This document shows positions 31,421-41,379 of a DNA stretch of 64,000 bases, piece by piece. The DNA comes from an uncultured Clostridium sp. (GTDB lineage: Bacteria; Bacillota; Clostridia; TANB77; CAG-508), in the NCBI GenBank assembly GCA_902492105.1, contig CABUKD010000004.1:4301-68300 (forward strand). Reading direction: 5' to 3'. Position 1 is the first letter of the stretch; each line of letters begins with the position of its first letter. Under the pieces are notes generated by a model that was not told the origin of the DNA, did not search any database, and was given only the letters and a program-made list of their open reading frames with translations. Both the position numbers and the translations under genes were made by a program.

Positions 31421-32623
31421 CTAATTTCCATTTGCAAATACTCTTGTTCCATTACTTAGCTCTATTTTATAATTATTGGCTGCACTAAATTGTTCATAAC
31501 TTACAATTCTTACACCATTTAATTTAGATGACCAGGCTCCCAATTTGTATTCAGAGTTGCCATTAAGGTTACCATAAATTGCTGTAATTCCTACTACTGT
31601 TCCATTTTTGTATGCTGTTACTAATCTATTTGGTGAGTTTTTATCGTTATTAATATATGATGTTACAAATGTATAGGTATCCCATTCACCAGTTACTGTC
31701 ATATTTTTTGTTACAGTAGTGCTATTTGTTACTTTGTTTCCATTGTTGTACCAACCTTTAAAAGTGTATCCAGATTTACTTGGATTTTCTGGTAAAGATA
31801 TTGTTTTACCTTCTTCTACAGTTTGTGTTTCTACTGTGTTTCCATCAACTTTAAAAGTTACTGTATATTTTTTTACTTCTGGCTCTGTTGGTTCCTCTGG
31901 TTCAGTAGGATCTTCTGGTTTGGTTGGTTCTTCTGGTTCTTCTACTGGTTTTTCAGGTTCAGTAGGTTCTTCTGGTTTTGTTGGTGTTTGTGGTTTGTTA
32001 GGTTTTGTTGATGTTTGAGGTTTTTTGTTTTCCTCTTCCCCACTTTCGTCTGCTGTTTGTTCTACTTTAGTATCATCTTCTTTTTCCCATTTTGCAGTTA
32101 TATTACTATCTTCTGTAAATGGCTTAGAAAAGTCTACTTTTTCATCATTCATATACCACCCTAAAAATTTGTATCCATCTTTTTCTGGGGTTTCTGGTTC
32201 TTCTAGCATTCCTTTTGGATCTGTTGTTAATATAGTTTCTCTACCATCTATATTTAAAGTAATTTTATAACCTGCTACTTCACCATTTTGAAGCCATCTT
32301 GCTTCTAACACAATATCTTGTGTAATTGGTGTATTAAAATTAAATTGTTCTGTTGATTCTAACAAAACATCTTGTTGTGTATTGGTTGTTGTTTTTAAAT
32401 ACCAACCTGCAAATTCATACCCTTCTAAGACTGGGTCTGCTGGTCTTGTAGCAGTTTTCCCTTCTTCTACTTGTTGAGAAGCAATAGGTTCTGCACCATT
32501 AGTATCAAAAGAAACTGTATAAATTTGTTTTGTATTTCTAGTAAGTAAAAATATAATAAGTGCAATTATCAATAGAATTACAATAATGGCAACTGCTATC
32601 ATAATTTTTTTCTTCTTTTCCAT
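31421..32623 (-). CDS. Membrane-anchored protein with Listeria-Bacteroides (Flg_new) repeats and a Pro/Glu/Thr-rich linker
   Basis: GYEFAGWY / GYKFLGWY / GYTFKGWY repeat signatures and a PEEPTEPEKPVEEPEEPTKPEDPTEPEEPTEPE linker. Confidence 0.65.
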   Translation of the reverse strand: MEKKKKIMIAVAIIVILLIIALIIFLLTRNTKQIYTVSFDTNGAEPIASQQVEEGKTATRPADPVLEGYEFAGWYLKTTTNTQQDVLLESTEQFNFNTPITQDIVLEARWLQNGEVAGYKITLNIDGRETILTTDPKGMLEEPETPEKDGYKFLGWYMNDEKVDFSKPFTEDSNITAKWEKEDDTKVEQTADESGEEENKKPQTSTKPNKPQTPTKPEEPTEPEKPVEEPEEPTKPEDPTEPEEPTEPEVKKYTVTFKVDGNTVETQTVEEGKTISLPENPSKSGYTFKGWYNNGNKVTNSTTVTKNMTVTGEWDTYTFVTSYINNDKNSPNRLVTAYKNGTVVGITAIYGNLNGNSEYKLGAWSSKLNGVRIVSYEQFSAANNYKIELSNGTRVFANGN

Positions 32624-32825
32624 TGTTTTCTCCCTTCCTTTTATTTTAAATTATAGCAACTTTATTATTAAATTTTTAGCCCCCTTTCAATTTTTTCCTT
32701 TTTCAGACATATTATAACAAAATATGCCAAATTTGTACATACTTATTTTTCATTTTTTTAATTTTTACTGTATAATTTAAAATATCATTTATCAGTTATT
32801 ATAAATTTTCAAAATTTCACAAAAT

Positions 32826-32890
32826 AAAACTAGCAGAAATTATTTACTTCTTAATAATATTATTAAAGAAGTACAATTTCTGCTAGTTTT
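32826..32890. terminator. Long palindromic bidirectional terminator
   Basis: AAAACTAGCAGAAATT...AATTTCTGCTAGTTTT, an about 65-nt near-perfect hairpin. Confidence 0.55.
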
Positions 32891-32909
32891 AACTTTTCAT
32901 TGCACATAA

Positions 32910-33173
32910 TTAATATAATCTCATTGAATTATTAAAAGCAAACATGCCTGCGCCTACTAATACCGCAAATAGAACAATAAGAATAACTGCAATAAGTAAT
33001 CCGCAAAAGTAAGAACGTGCAAAGTTTCTACGGTTTAAGTTAGAATTGTCAAAAGCAAATACAATAGCTAAAATAAAACCTATAAGTGGTATTGCAAATA
33101 GAATACTGTATCCAAAATAAGCCCATGGTGAAAGTACTCTATATTCACTTGGTATATTGTTGTTTATTTCCAT
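32910..33173 (-). CDS. Small membrane protein (2-3 TM segments)
   Basis: 87-aa hydrophobic ORF. No family recognised. Confidence 0.45.
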   Translation of the reverse strand: MEINNNIPSEYRVLSPWAYFGYSILFAIPLIGFILAIVFAFDNSNLNRRNFARSYFCGLLIAVILIVLFAVLVGAGMFAFNNSMRLY

Positions 33174-33240
33174 AACATACCCCTCCTTTTAATTTCTGCC
33201 ACTATTGTATCATATTCTTATTTTGGCTTCAATATTTTTT

Positions 33241-33289
33241 GACAAAAGTTGTCAAAATTCTCCGTCCCCATTGACAACCCATTGACAAT
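33241..33289 (+). repeat. GTCCC-family repeat, type C copy 2
   Basis: GACAAAAGTTGTCAAAATTCTCCGTCCCCATTGACAACCCATTGACAA, ending 1-2 nt from the stop of the ABC exporter gene. Confidence 0.8.
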
Positions 33290-33290
33290 T

Positions 33291-35138
33291 TTATTCTTCT
33301 GCCTCTTGGAATTGTGAGTTATACAAATTAGCATAAAATCCATTTTTAGCAAGTAATTCCTCGTGAGTTCCTTGTTCAATAACATCTCCTTGGTTCATTA
33401 CCAAGATAACGTCTGCATTTTTAATAGTAGATAATCTATGGGCAATAATAAAACTGGTTCTTCCCTTCATTAAATTATCCATAGCAGATTGAATTTGTTG
33501 CTCTGTTCTAGTATCTATTGAACTTGTGGCCTCATCTAGTATTAAGATTTCTGGATTTGCTAAAATAACTCTAGCAATGGTTAATAATTGTTTTTGCCCT
33601 TGCGATATATTGCTAGATTCTTCATCAATTACCATGTCATATCCTTTTGGTAATGTTTGAATAAAGTGATGTACATGTGCTGCTTTAGCTGCTGCTATTA
33701 CTTCTTCATCTGTAGCATCTGGTTTTCCGTATTTAATGTTTTCTTTAATAGTTCCGCCAAATAACCATGTATCTTGTAATACCATTCCAAACATTTGTCT
33801 TAACTCTCCACGGTTAAAATCTTTAACATTATGTCCATCTACTAAAATAGCTCCACTATTTACATCATAAAATCTCATTAATAATTTTACCATGGTTGTT
33901 TTTCCTGCACCAGTTGGTCCTACAATTGCTACTTTTTGGCCATCTTTTACAACTTCGTTGAAGTTATGAATAATTATTTTATCTTCGTTATAGCCAAATT
34001 GTACATGGTCAAATGTTACATTTCCTTTTAGTCCTTTTGTTGATACGGCATTTGGAATTTCTTGTATTTCTTCTTCCTCTTCTAAGAATTCAAATATTCT
34101 TTCAGAAGCTGCTACCATAGATTGTAACATACTAGAAATTTGAGCAATTTGGTTAATTGGCTGTGTAAATTGTTTGTTATATTGGATAAAAGATTGAATA
34201 TTACCAACAGTAATTCTTCCTTGTACTGCTAAATAACCACCTAAAATGGCAACTCCTACATATCCTACATTTCCTGCAAAGTTCATAAGTGGATGCATTA
34301 ATCCTGACATAAATTGAGATTTCCAACCAGAATGATAAAGTTCATGGTTCATTTTGTCAAAATCTGCTATGGCTTTTTCTTCTCCATTAAATACTTTTAC
34401 AATATTATGTCCACTATAAATTTCTTCTACTTGACCATTTACATGTCCTAAATAATCCTGTTGTGCCTTGAAGTATTTTTGAGATTTTTTAACAATAAAT
34501 CTTACTACTAGTGCTGTAATTGGTAAAATAATAATAGAAATAATTGTCATAGTTACACTAATAGATAACATCATGATTAAAATTCCAATAATAGTACATA
34601 TAGCAGTTATAATTTGTGTAATACTTTGGTTCATGTTTTGTGAAAAAGTGTCCACATCATTGGTGATAATAGATAATACTTCACCATTTGTTCTTTTATC
34701 AAAATATTTCATTGGCAATTTATTAATTTTAACAGCAATATCATTTCTCATTCGATAAGTTAGTTTTTGAGATACATTTGTCATTAAAAAGCTTTGAATT
34801 GCCGAAAATAGCATACTAACAATGTACAAAGTAAGTAAAGTAAGTAAAATTCCTGCAATTTTTCCAAAGTCAATTCCTGTACCACCTGATAATTTACTAA
34901 TTAATCCATTAAAGATTTCAGTAGTTGCATTTCCTAAAATTTTTGGTCCTACAATCATAAAAATAGTACTTCCAATGGCAAAAATAAATACAATTAATAA
35001 TTGCCATTTATAGTCTACCAAATAATTTTTAATTAGTTTTTTGGTAGTTTCTTTAAAGTTCTTTGGTTTTTCCACTGCTCCTGTTCCATGTCCAGGGCCC
35101 ATACCTCCCATTGGAGGTTTTTTATTATTATTTGCCAT
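33291..35138 (-). CDS. ABC exporter, fused permease/ATPase (heterodimer partner B)
   Basis: Six TM segments, Walker A GPTGAGKTT, signature SQGQKQ, Walker B ILILDEATS. Confidence 0.85.
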   Translation of the reverse strand: MANNNKKPPMGGMGPGHGTGAVEKPKNFKETTKKLIKNYLVDYKWQLLIVFIFAIGSTIFMIVGPKILGNATTEIFNGLISKLSGGTGIDFGKIAGILLTLLTLYIVSMLFSAIQSFLMTNVSQKLTYRMRNDIAVKINKLPMKYFDKRTNGEVLSIITNDVDTFSQNMNQSITQIITAICTIIGILIMMLSISVTMTIISIIILPITALVVRFIVKKSQKYFKAQQDYLGHVNGQVEEIYSGHNIVKVFNGEEKAIADFDKMNHELYHSGWKSQFMSGLMHPLMNFAGNVGYVGVAILGGYLAVQGRITVGNIQSFIQYNKQFTQPINQIAQISSMLQSMVAASERIFEFLEEEEEIQEIPNAVSTKGLKGNVTFDHVQFGYNEDKIIIHNFNEVVKDGQKVAIVGPTGAGKTTMVKLLMRFYDVNSGAILVDGHNVKDFNRGELRQMFGMVLQDTWLFGGTIKENIKYGKPDATDEEVIAAAKAAHVHHFIQTLPKGYDMVIDEESSNISQGQKQLLTIARVILANPEILILDEATSSIDTRTEQQIQSAMDNLMKGRTSFIIAHRLSTIKNADVILVMNQGDVIEQGTHEELLAKNGFYANLYNSQFQEAEE

Positions 35139-37396
35139 TATTCCAATTCCTCCTTTGAAAGTTGTGATAATGCGATTTGTCTATAAACCTCGCAATTTTT
35201 CATTAATTCTTCATGTGTTCCTTTTCCTGCAATTTTTCCATCATCAAGCACAATAATTTGGTCTGCATTTAAAATAGTGTTAATTCTTTGCGCTACAATA
35301 ATTACTGTTTTGTTTTCTGTTTTTTCTTTTAATGCTTCTCTTAGTTTTGCATCTGTTTTATAATCTAATGCTGAAAAACTATCATCAAATACAAAAATTT
35401 CTGGGTCTTTGGCAACTGCTCTTGCAATAGATAAACGTTGCTTTTGCCCACCAGATACATTGCTACCACCTTGGGCAATTTCAGAATCATATTGATCTGG
35501 TTTTTGCTCAATAAACTCTGTTGCTTGTGCAATTTCTGCTGCTAATTTCATTTGTTCGTCTGACATATTTTCATTACTGTATTTGATATTTGTTTCGATA
35601 GTACCAGAGAACAATATTCCTTTTTGTGGCACAAAACCAATTGCATTTCTTAATTCTTTTTGTGTTACATCCTTTACATTTACCCCATCTACCAAAAGTT
35701 CTCCCCCTGTTACATCATAAAAACGAGGAATTAGGTTTACTACTGTAGATTTTCCGCTTCCGGTACTACCAATAATAGCTGTAGTTTTACTTGGTTCTGC
35801 AGTAAAACTAATATTGGTTAACATATCTTCATCTGCATCTGGATAACGGAATGATACATCTTTAAATTCTACATATCCTTTTTTGTTACTATCTAAATGT
35901 TTTGGTTCTTTTGGATCTTTTATCATATTTTCGGTTTCTAATACTTCATTAATACGTTTTGCAGATACACTTGCTCTAGGTAACATAATAGAGATAATAG
36001 ATATCATTAAGAATGCCATTACTATTTGCATGGTGTATTGTAAGAAAGCCATAATATCTCCTACCTGCATAATACCTGCATCTACATTATGTCCTCCTAC
36101 CCAGATGGTTAAAAGAGAAATACTATTCATTACAAGCATTAAGATTGGCATCATTAAGTTCATTGCCTTGTTAACAAACATATAAGTTTTCATTAAGTTT
36201 TTATTAGCATCATCAAAACGTTTTTCTTCTCTTTTTTCAGTATGGAAGGCTCTTATAACAGAAAGGCCTGTTAACATTTCACGAGATACTAAGTTTAGCT
36301 TATCTATTAAATCTTGCAATTTTTTGAATCTTGGCATTGCAATACCAAATAGAATTGCTACAATTAAAATAATGGAACCTACTGCCACCCCAATAATCCA
36401 TGCCATAGAATTATCACTTGTTGCTAAAACTTTAAAGAATCCACCTATTCCTATAATTGGTGCATAAACTACTACTCTAAATAACATAGTAATTAACATT
36501 TGAATTTGTTGAATGTCATTAGTACTACGTGTAATTAAAGAAGCAGTTGAGAATTGTTTAAATTCACTGGTTGAAAAGCCTAATACTTTTTTGAAGATTT
36601 TATCTCTTAAAGTTTCACCTAGTTTTGCAGCTACACGTGAAGATAAGAACATAATACAAACTGCTGCTGCCATACTAACAAAAGCTACTCCTAGCATTTG
36701 CAAACCAGTCCACCATATATAATTATTTTGGTAATTATCTGTATTAATACCTACTGCTTGATATTCCGCTTTTACGGCTGTGATGGCTGCCTGTTCTACC
36801 ATGCTTTCTGACATAGTATCTACTTGTGCCATAAGTTCTTCTAGCATTTGATTTGTTTGACTAGAAGTTTGCATATTAAACATTACTTTTACTAGTTCTA
36901 ATGCTGTTGCATCTTTATTAGCATTTTTAACAGGAACTGGCATTTGAGAAAGAATATTTTCTTTTACTGTTTCTGCAGTTTCTCCTGATGTTAAATTTTG
37001 TACTATCATTAATGGTTTTGCCATTTTTGCACTTAAATTTTCTTCTTCCTCTTCTTTTAAGGAATTACAAACATAAAGTTCTTCATTCTCTAAAGCAGGA
37101 TAATCTTTTACATAATCTTCATAATCTTCTTCATCTAAGCTTTCTTTAGAAATAAGAGTATAATTTTCTAGAATTTGATCATCCTCTTCTGTAAATAGTA
37201 ATAAGTCATCCATAGTAGATTTACGAATTACTTCTGGCACAGCATTTTCGATACCACCTTGCTGAATACCAATATTTACAATTTTAGAAGTATAGTCTGG
37301 CAAGGCTAAATCTGCTGTTGCTTGTAAAATTAATAGTAAAATAATTACAATCACAGCGGCCCAAGACTTACTTAAGTTTCTTAATACTTTAAACAT
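35138..37396 (-). CDS. ABC exporter, fused permease/ATPase (heterodimer partner A) with a long extracytoplasmic insertion after TM1
   Basis: GSTGSGKST, SGGQKQR and IFVFDDSFS motifs. Start set at MFKVLRN behind AAGGAGG. TAATG overlap with the downstream partner. Confidence 0.85.
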   Translation of the reverse strand: MFKVLRNLSKSWAAVIVIILLLILQATADLALPDYTSKIVNIGIQQGGIENAVPEVIRKSTMDDLLLFTEEDDQILENYTLISKESLDEEDYEDYVKDYPALENEELYVCNSLKEEEEENLSAKMAKPLMIVQNLTSGETAETVKENILSQMPVPVKNANKDATALELVKVMFNMQTSSQTNQMLEELMAQVDTMSESMVEQAAITAVKAEYQAVGINTDNYQNNYIWWTGLQMLGVAFVSMAAAVCIMFLSSRVAAKLGETLRDKIFKKVLGFSTSEFKQFSTASLITRSTNDIQQIQMLITMLFRVVVYAPIIGIGGFFKVLATSDNSMAWIIGVAVGSIILIVAILFGIAMPRFKKLQDLIDKLNLVSREMLTGLSVIRAFHTEKREEKRFDDANKNLMKTYMFVNKAMNLMMPILMLVMNSISLLTIWVGGHNVDAGIMQVGDIMAFLQYTMQIVMAFLMISIISIMLPRASVSAKRINEVLETENMIKDPKEPKHLDSNKKGYVEFKDVSFRYPDADEDMLTNISFTAEPSKTTAIIGSTGSGKSTVVNLIPRFYDVTGGELLVDGVNVKDVTQKELRNAIGFVPQKGILFSGTIETNIKYSNENMSDEQMKLAAEIAQATEFIEQKPDQYDSEIAQGGSNVSGGQKQRLSIARAVAKDPEIFVFDDSFSALDYKTDAKLREALKEKTENKTVIIVAQRINTILNADQIIVLDDGKIAGKGTHEELMKNCEVYRQIALSQLSKEELE

Positions 37397-37471
37397 ATTT
37401 TCCTCCTTGTAGAATTTCATTTTTTTCTGATAAAGCTTATTTTATCAGTATTTTTATAATAAATGTGTTAT

Positions 37472-38083
37472 TTATTTTAACACACCATTTTTTAAATAAT
37501 CAATCATTTTTAAATATTCTTTTCTTGCTTTTTCAGTCGATTGATATTTAAAATTGTTCACTAGTGCCTTTCTGGTAACTAAATAGAGCATTTGTATTAC
37601 AATATGTAATTCTTCTTCATTTTGTATTTGCAATTTTGATACATCTATTAATTTTAAAAATTCTTCTTGTTGAAACGGACCTTTTAAATCTTTAGGAATA
37701 CGTAGCATAGAAGGCTCATCTTCTATAACTTTTGCATTTTCTATTAGTCTTTTATAAAATGCTAAATCTTTATCTTCTCCCATTTTTTGTGTTATAAAGT
37801 CATAAATTGCTAGATATGCTTCAAAAATATCTCCATGTGTTTCTTTTAGTTTATCTTTAATAAAATTATCTAATTTTTCCTTATCGTCCTTCATCATATA
37901 TTGAAGTAAGTCTTCTTTGGATGTAAAATATTGGTAAAAGCTTCCTCTTGCAATTTCTGCCCCCTCTACAATATTTTTGATAGATGTTTGCTCAAAAGGA
38001 ACTCTAGTAAATTCTTTTTTAGCAGCTACTAATATTTTATTTTTCTTTTCCTCCGATAGTTTCATAAAAGTTTCTGTTGGCAT
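37472..38083 (-). CDS. TetR-family transcriptional regulator
   Basis: N-terminal HTH ...AAKKEFTRVPFEQTSIKNIVEGAEIARGSFYQYF... Confidence 0.85.
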   Translation of the reverse strand: MPTETFMKLSEEKKNKILVAAKKEFTRVPFEQTSIKNIVEGAEIARGSFYQYFTSKEDLLQYMMKDDKEKLDNFIKDKLKETHGDIFEAYLAIYDFITQKMGEDKDLAFYKRLIENAKVIEDEPSMLRIPKDLKGPFQQEEFLKLIDVSKLQIQNEEELHIVIQMLYLVTRKALVNNFKYQSTEKARKEYLKMIDYLKNGVLK

Positions 38084-38108
38084 TTTTTATTCCCCTTTAC
38101 TTTTAAAA

Positions 38109-38147
38109 ATGACACCATGTCATATATTATATGTGACACGGTGTCAT
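38109..38147. promoter_or_regulatory. Probable TetR operator (15-bp inverted repeat, 9-bp spacer)
   Basis: ATGACACCATGTCAT-atattatat-GTGACACGGTGTCAT, 13/15 symmetric, about 25 nt upstream of the TetR/ABC operon start. Confidence 0.5.
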
Positions 38148-38226
38148 TTGTCAACAGTTTTTTTGAAATTTTCTATAAATTTTTGCATGTTTTAAATGAT
38201 AATAATTTAATTTTATAAAAATTAAT

Positions 38227-38832
38227 CTATTCTATTTTTAAATCTTGATATTTCTTATAAATTTGTGGCCAAGAATACACTCTTTCTAAATTTGGTACTT
38301 CACAACCTTGGTTGCAAACTGTAGTATATAAAAATGTTTTTATATTCTTCTTTTCTACACTAAGGCAATGAGCAATACTATCATCTATTAATAAGTCTAT
38401 TTTTTCTTCTACGGCTACTTTAGATTTATCTTGTGAATTCATAATAAGTTTATCATATAAAATATGATGTGTTTCTAACCATTGTTTAGTAGCATCTTCT
38501 ACCAACTCTTTTCCTTCTACTATTTCATATCTTGAAGTAATTAAGATAATTTGGTTACCTTCTTTTTTTAATTTTTCGATTACTTTGGCACATTCCTTTT
38601 TGGCATTTGCCTTTGTTAATACATCCATAAAATATTTTTCCCAAAATGTTTTAACTTGTTCTGGTGACCAATGTGGATACATGGTTTCTATGTAATTGTG
38701 ATTATCTATTTTTCCATAATTGATTGGATTACCTTCTCTTCCTACTACATCTATATCAAAGTTTTGAGAATGGATAAATAGTTCTTCAAAAGAGGCTGAA
38801 ATGGTATCATCTATATCTATTCCTATTTTCAT
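38227..38832 (-). CDS. HAD-superfamily hydrolase, 5'(3')-deoxyribonucleotidase-like
   Basis: MKIGIDIDDTIS (DxDxT motif) and ...LIDDS.... Confidence 0.55.
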   Translation of the reverse strand: MKIGIDIDDTISASFEELFIHSQNFDIDVVGREGNPINYGKIDNHNYIETMYPHWSPEQVKTFWEKYFMDVLTKANAKKECAKVIEKLKKEGNQIILITSRYEIVEGKELVEDATKQWLETHHILYDKLIMNSQDKSKVAVEEKIDLLIDDSIAHCLSVEKKNIKTFLYTTVCNQGCEVPNLERVYSWPQIYKKYQDLKIE

Positions 38833-39117
38833 GTTTTTGTTTTCCTTTCTTTCATTTTTTTTACTAAAACGATAATTAAATATCTTTTCTTATTGTACCA
38901 AAGAACATAAAAAAGCACAATCGTTTTATTGTGTTTTTCTACTTTAATATTTTTTATTTTGCTAATAAACAAATTTTCTATTTTTATTTGACTTTTGATT
39001 TTCTATATGATATATTTTAGATACATTTGTTTGCAAAACATTGTTTTGTATTTTGCATGTAGATATTGTCAGCTATACAATAAACTATTAATTAACATTG
39101 AGAGGAAGAAAAATATA

Positions 39118-40471
39118 ATGGAAATAGAAGAAAAATTAAAAATCTTAGCAGATTCTGCAAAATATGATGCTTCTTGTAGTTCTTCAGGAAGCAAAAGGAA
39201 AAATACTTTAGACGGTGTTGGTAATGGAGATGTTTCTGGCATTTGCCATAGTTGGGGTGCAGATGGTAGATGTATTTCTCTTTTGAAAATCTTAATGACC
39301 AATTGTTGTATGTATAATTGTAAATATTGTATTAACCGTGCTAGCAATTCTGTAAAAAGAGCTACTTTTACTCCAAAAGAAGTGGCAGATTTAACCATTG
39401 GTTTTTATAAACGAAATTATATAGAAGGCTTGTTTTTAAGTTCTGCTGTTATTAAGTCCCCTAATTACACTATGGAACAAATGATACAAGCAATTTCCCT
39501 ATTACGAAACGAATATCATTTTAATCGGATATATTCATGCTAAAACCATTCCTGGTTGTAGCCAAGAATTAATAGATCAATTAGGCGTTTTAGTAGATCG
39601 TATGAGTATTAATATTGAACTTCCTTCTCAAAATAGTTTGCAATTACTTGCGCCAGAGAAAACCAAGGATAATATTGTAAAACCTATGAGCTATGTTGCA
39701 GGTAAGCTAAGTGCTACTGCCCAAAGATTGTTACCTAGTAAGAAAAGTTGGTCATTTGTACCTACCGTTTCTCCTGCTATTGCTAAAAAAGAAAATAGGA
39801 ACTTTGTACCTGCAGGACAAACCACCCAATTAATTGTAGGAGCTACTCCTGAAAGTGATTTAAAAATTATAAAACTTTCTGAAAGTTTATATCAAAAATT
39901 TCATTTAAAAAGAGTATATTATTCTGCCTATATTTCTGTAAACGAGGATTCTAATTTGCCTACTCTAGAGAAGCCACCACTTTTACGAGAAAATAGAATT
40001 TATCAAGCAGATTGGCTACTTCGTTTTTATGGTTTTAGAGCAGATGAACTGTTAAATGAGCAAAATCCAAATTTTAATACTTTATTAGACCCAAAATGTG
40101 ATTGGGCAATTAGACATTTAGAAAAATTTCCAGTAGAAATTAATACTGCAGATTATGCTACTTTGCTTCGTGTACCTGGTATTGGTGTAGTTTCTGCCAA
40201 AAGAATTTTACGTGCTAGAGGTAATTGCCATTTGCAATTTGACCATTTAAAAAAATTAGGAGTTGTATTAAAAAGAGCAAGGTATTTTATTACTTGTAAT
40301 TGGAAGTATGCAGACTCTATTTCCCATTTTGACCAAGGTTTTATTTCTGAAAACTTGCTCTATTTAGAAAGGAAATTACTCCCTACCCCTTCTTATATAC
40401 AAACTTCTTTGTTTGATACATTAGAGCCTGTGAAAGAAGATAAAATAAAAAGCCTTACTGGGAATTTTTAA
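39118..40471 (+). CDS. Putative DNA modification/repair radical SAM protein (TIGR03916-like), frame interrupted (+1) at 39526-39529
   Basis: MEIEEKLKILADSAKYDASCSSSG... and CxxxCxxC (CMYNCKYC). ORF 1 ends 5 codons after ...EYHFN. The sequence continues as GYIHAKTIPGCSQELIDQLGVLVDRMSINIELPS in the +1 frame. The junction is AAT CGG A, with no homopolymer. Confidence 0.75.
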
Positions 40472-40534
40472 AGCAACAAAGTTTATTGTGGAAATAAAAA
40501 ATTAATAAATCTAAATATAAAAATTAAAGATGAA

Positions 40535-41374
40535 ATGAATGAAAATTTTACACTACAAATTAAATATCATGTAAAAGTTATTATATTGGAGATGAATGTG
40601 ATAATGAATTGGAAACTATTAGAAAATGAAGTTTATTTATATGATGGTACATTTAATGGTTTACTAACCATTGCTTTTGATTGCTATATTCAACAAGTTA
40701 TTCCTTCTAAAATAGTGCCAGAATTAGATTATGAAACAAATTTGTTAGAGCAATGCAGCTATATTCCTACAAATGAAGAAAAAGCCAAACGCATTTGGAA
40801 TGGGCTTTATCAAAATGTATCTTACCAAGTTCTTTATGATTGCTATAATGCATTTTTATCTTGTGCTCCACAAAAAGAAATTGCTATTTTAAAATATATT
40901 TTAAATGGCTTTTGCATTGGAGGAAAAATTAGTAATTTATTATCTTTAGATTATGTGGTAGAAGTAATGAAGTTAAGAAAAAATGTATTACACGAAGCAC
41001 ACCGTTTAAAAGGTTTGGTTCGTTTGCAAGAATTGGAAAATAACTTGTGGTATGCTTCTATCCATCCAGATAATAATGTAATTGAAAATGTAGGACAATT
41101 TTTAATAAAACGATTTCCTACGCAAAATTTAATTTTACATGACAAAAATAGAAATTTAGCTTTTTTGTATAAGGCTTGTTCTAACAAAAATTATGAAATT
41201 GTTCCTGTGCCTGCTAGTGTTAGCTTGCCTAACCTATCTACACAGGAGAAACAATTTCAATCTTTATGGAAAACTTTCTTTCATGCAATTGCTATTAAAG
41301 AAAGAACTAACCCAAGATTACAAATGCAGTACATGCCTAAAAAGTATTGGCAGGATTTAGTGGAGAAGAAATAA
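40535..41374 (+). CDS. TIGR03915-like probable DNA metabolism protein (partner of the radical SAM gene)
   Basis: ...YLYDGTFNGLLTIAFDCY... N-terminal signature of the family. The true start is probably an internal Met (about 40592-40604). Confidence 0.65.
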   Translation: MNENFTLQIKYHVKVIILEMNVIMNWKLLENEVYLYDGTFNGLLTIAFDCYIQQVIPSKIVPELDYETNLLEQCSYIPTNEEKAKRIWNGLYQNVSYQVLYDCYNAFLSCAPQKEIAILKYILNGFCIGGKISNLLSLDYVVEVMKLRKNVLHEAHRLKGLVRLQELENNLWYASIHPDNNVIENVGQFLIKRFPTQNLILHDKNRNLAFLYKACSNKNYEIVPVPASVSLPNLSTQEKQFQSLWKTFFHAIAIKERTNPRLQMQYMPKKYWQDLVEKK

Positions 41375-41379
41375 AGCAA

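Noticed and set aside
31880-32010. Imperfect tandem DNA repeats as a non-coding repeat array
   Set aside because: They lie in frame inside ORF 31421-32623 and encode its Pro/Glu/Thr-rich linker.
38995-39117. Upstream extension of the radical SAM ORF (MIFYMIYFRY...)
   Set aside because: The family N-terminus is MEIEEKLKILADSAKYD.... The extension is AT-rich leader sequence translated from an alternative start.
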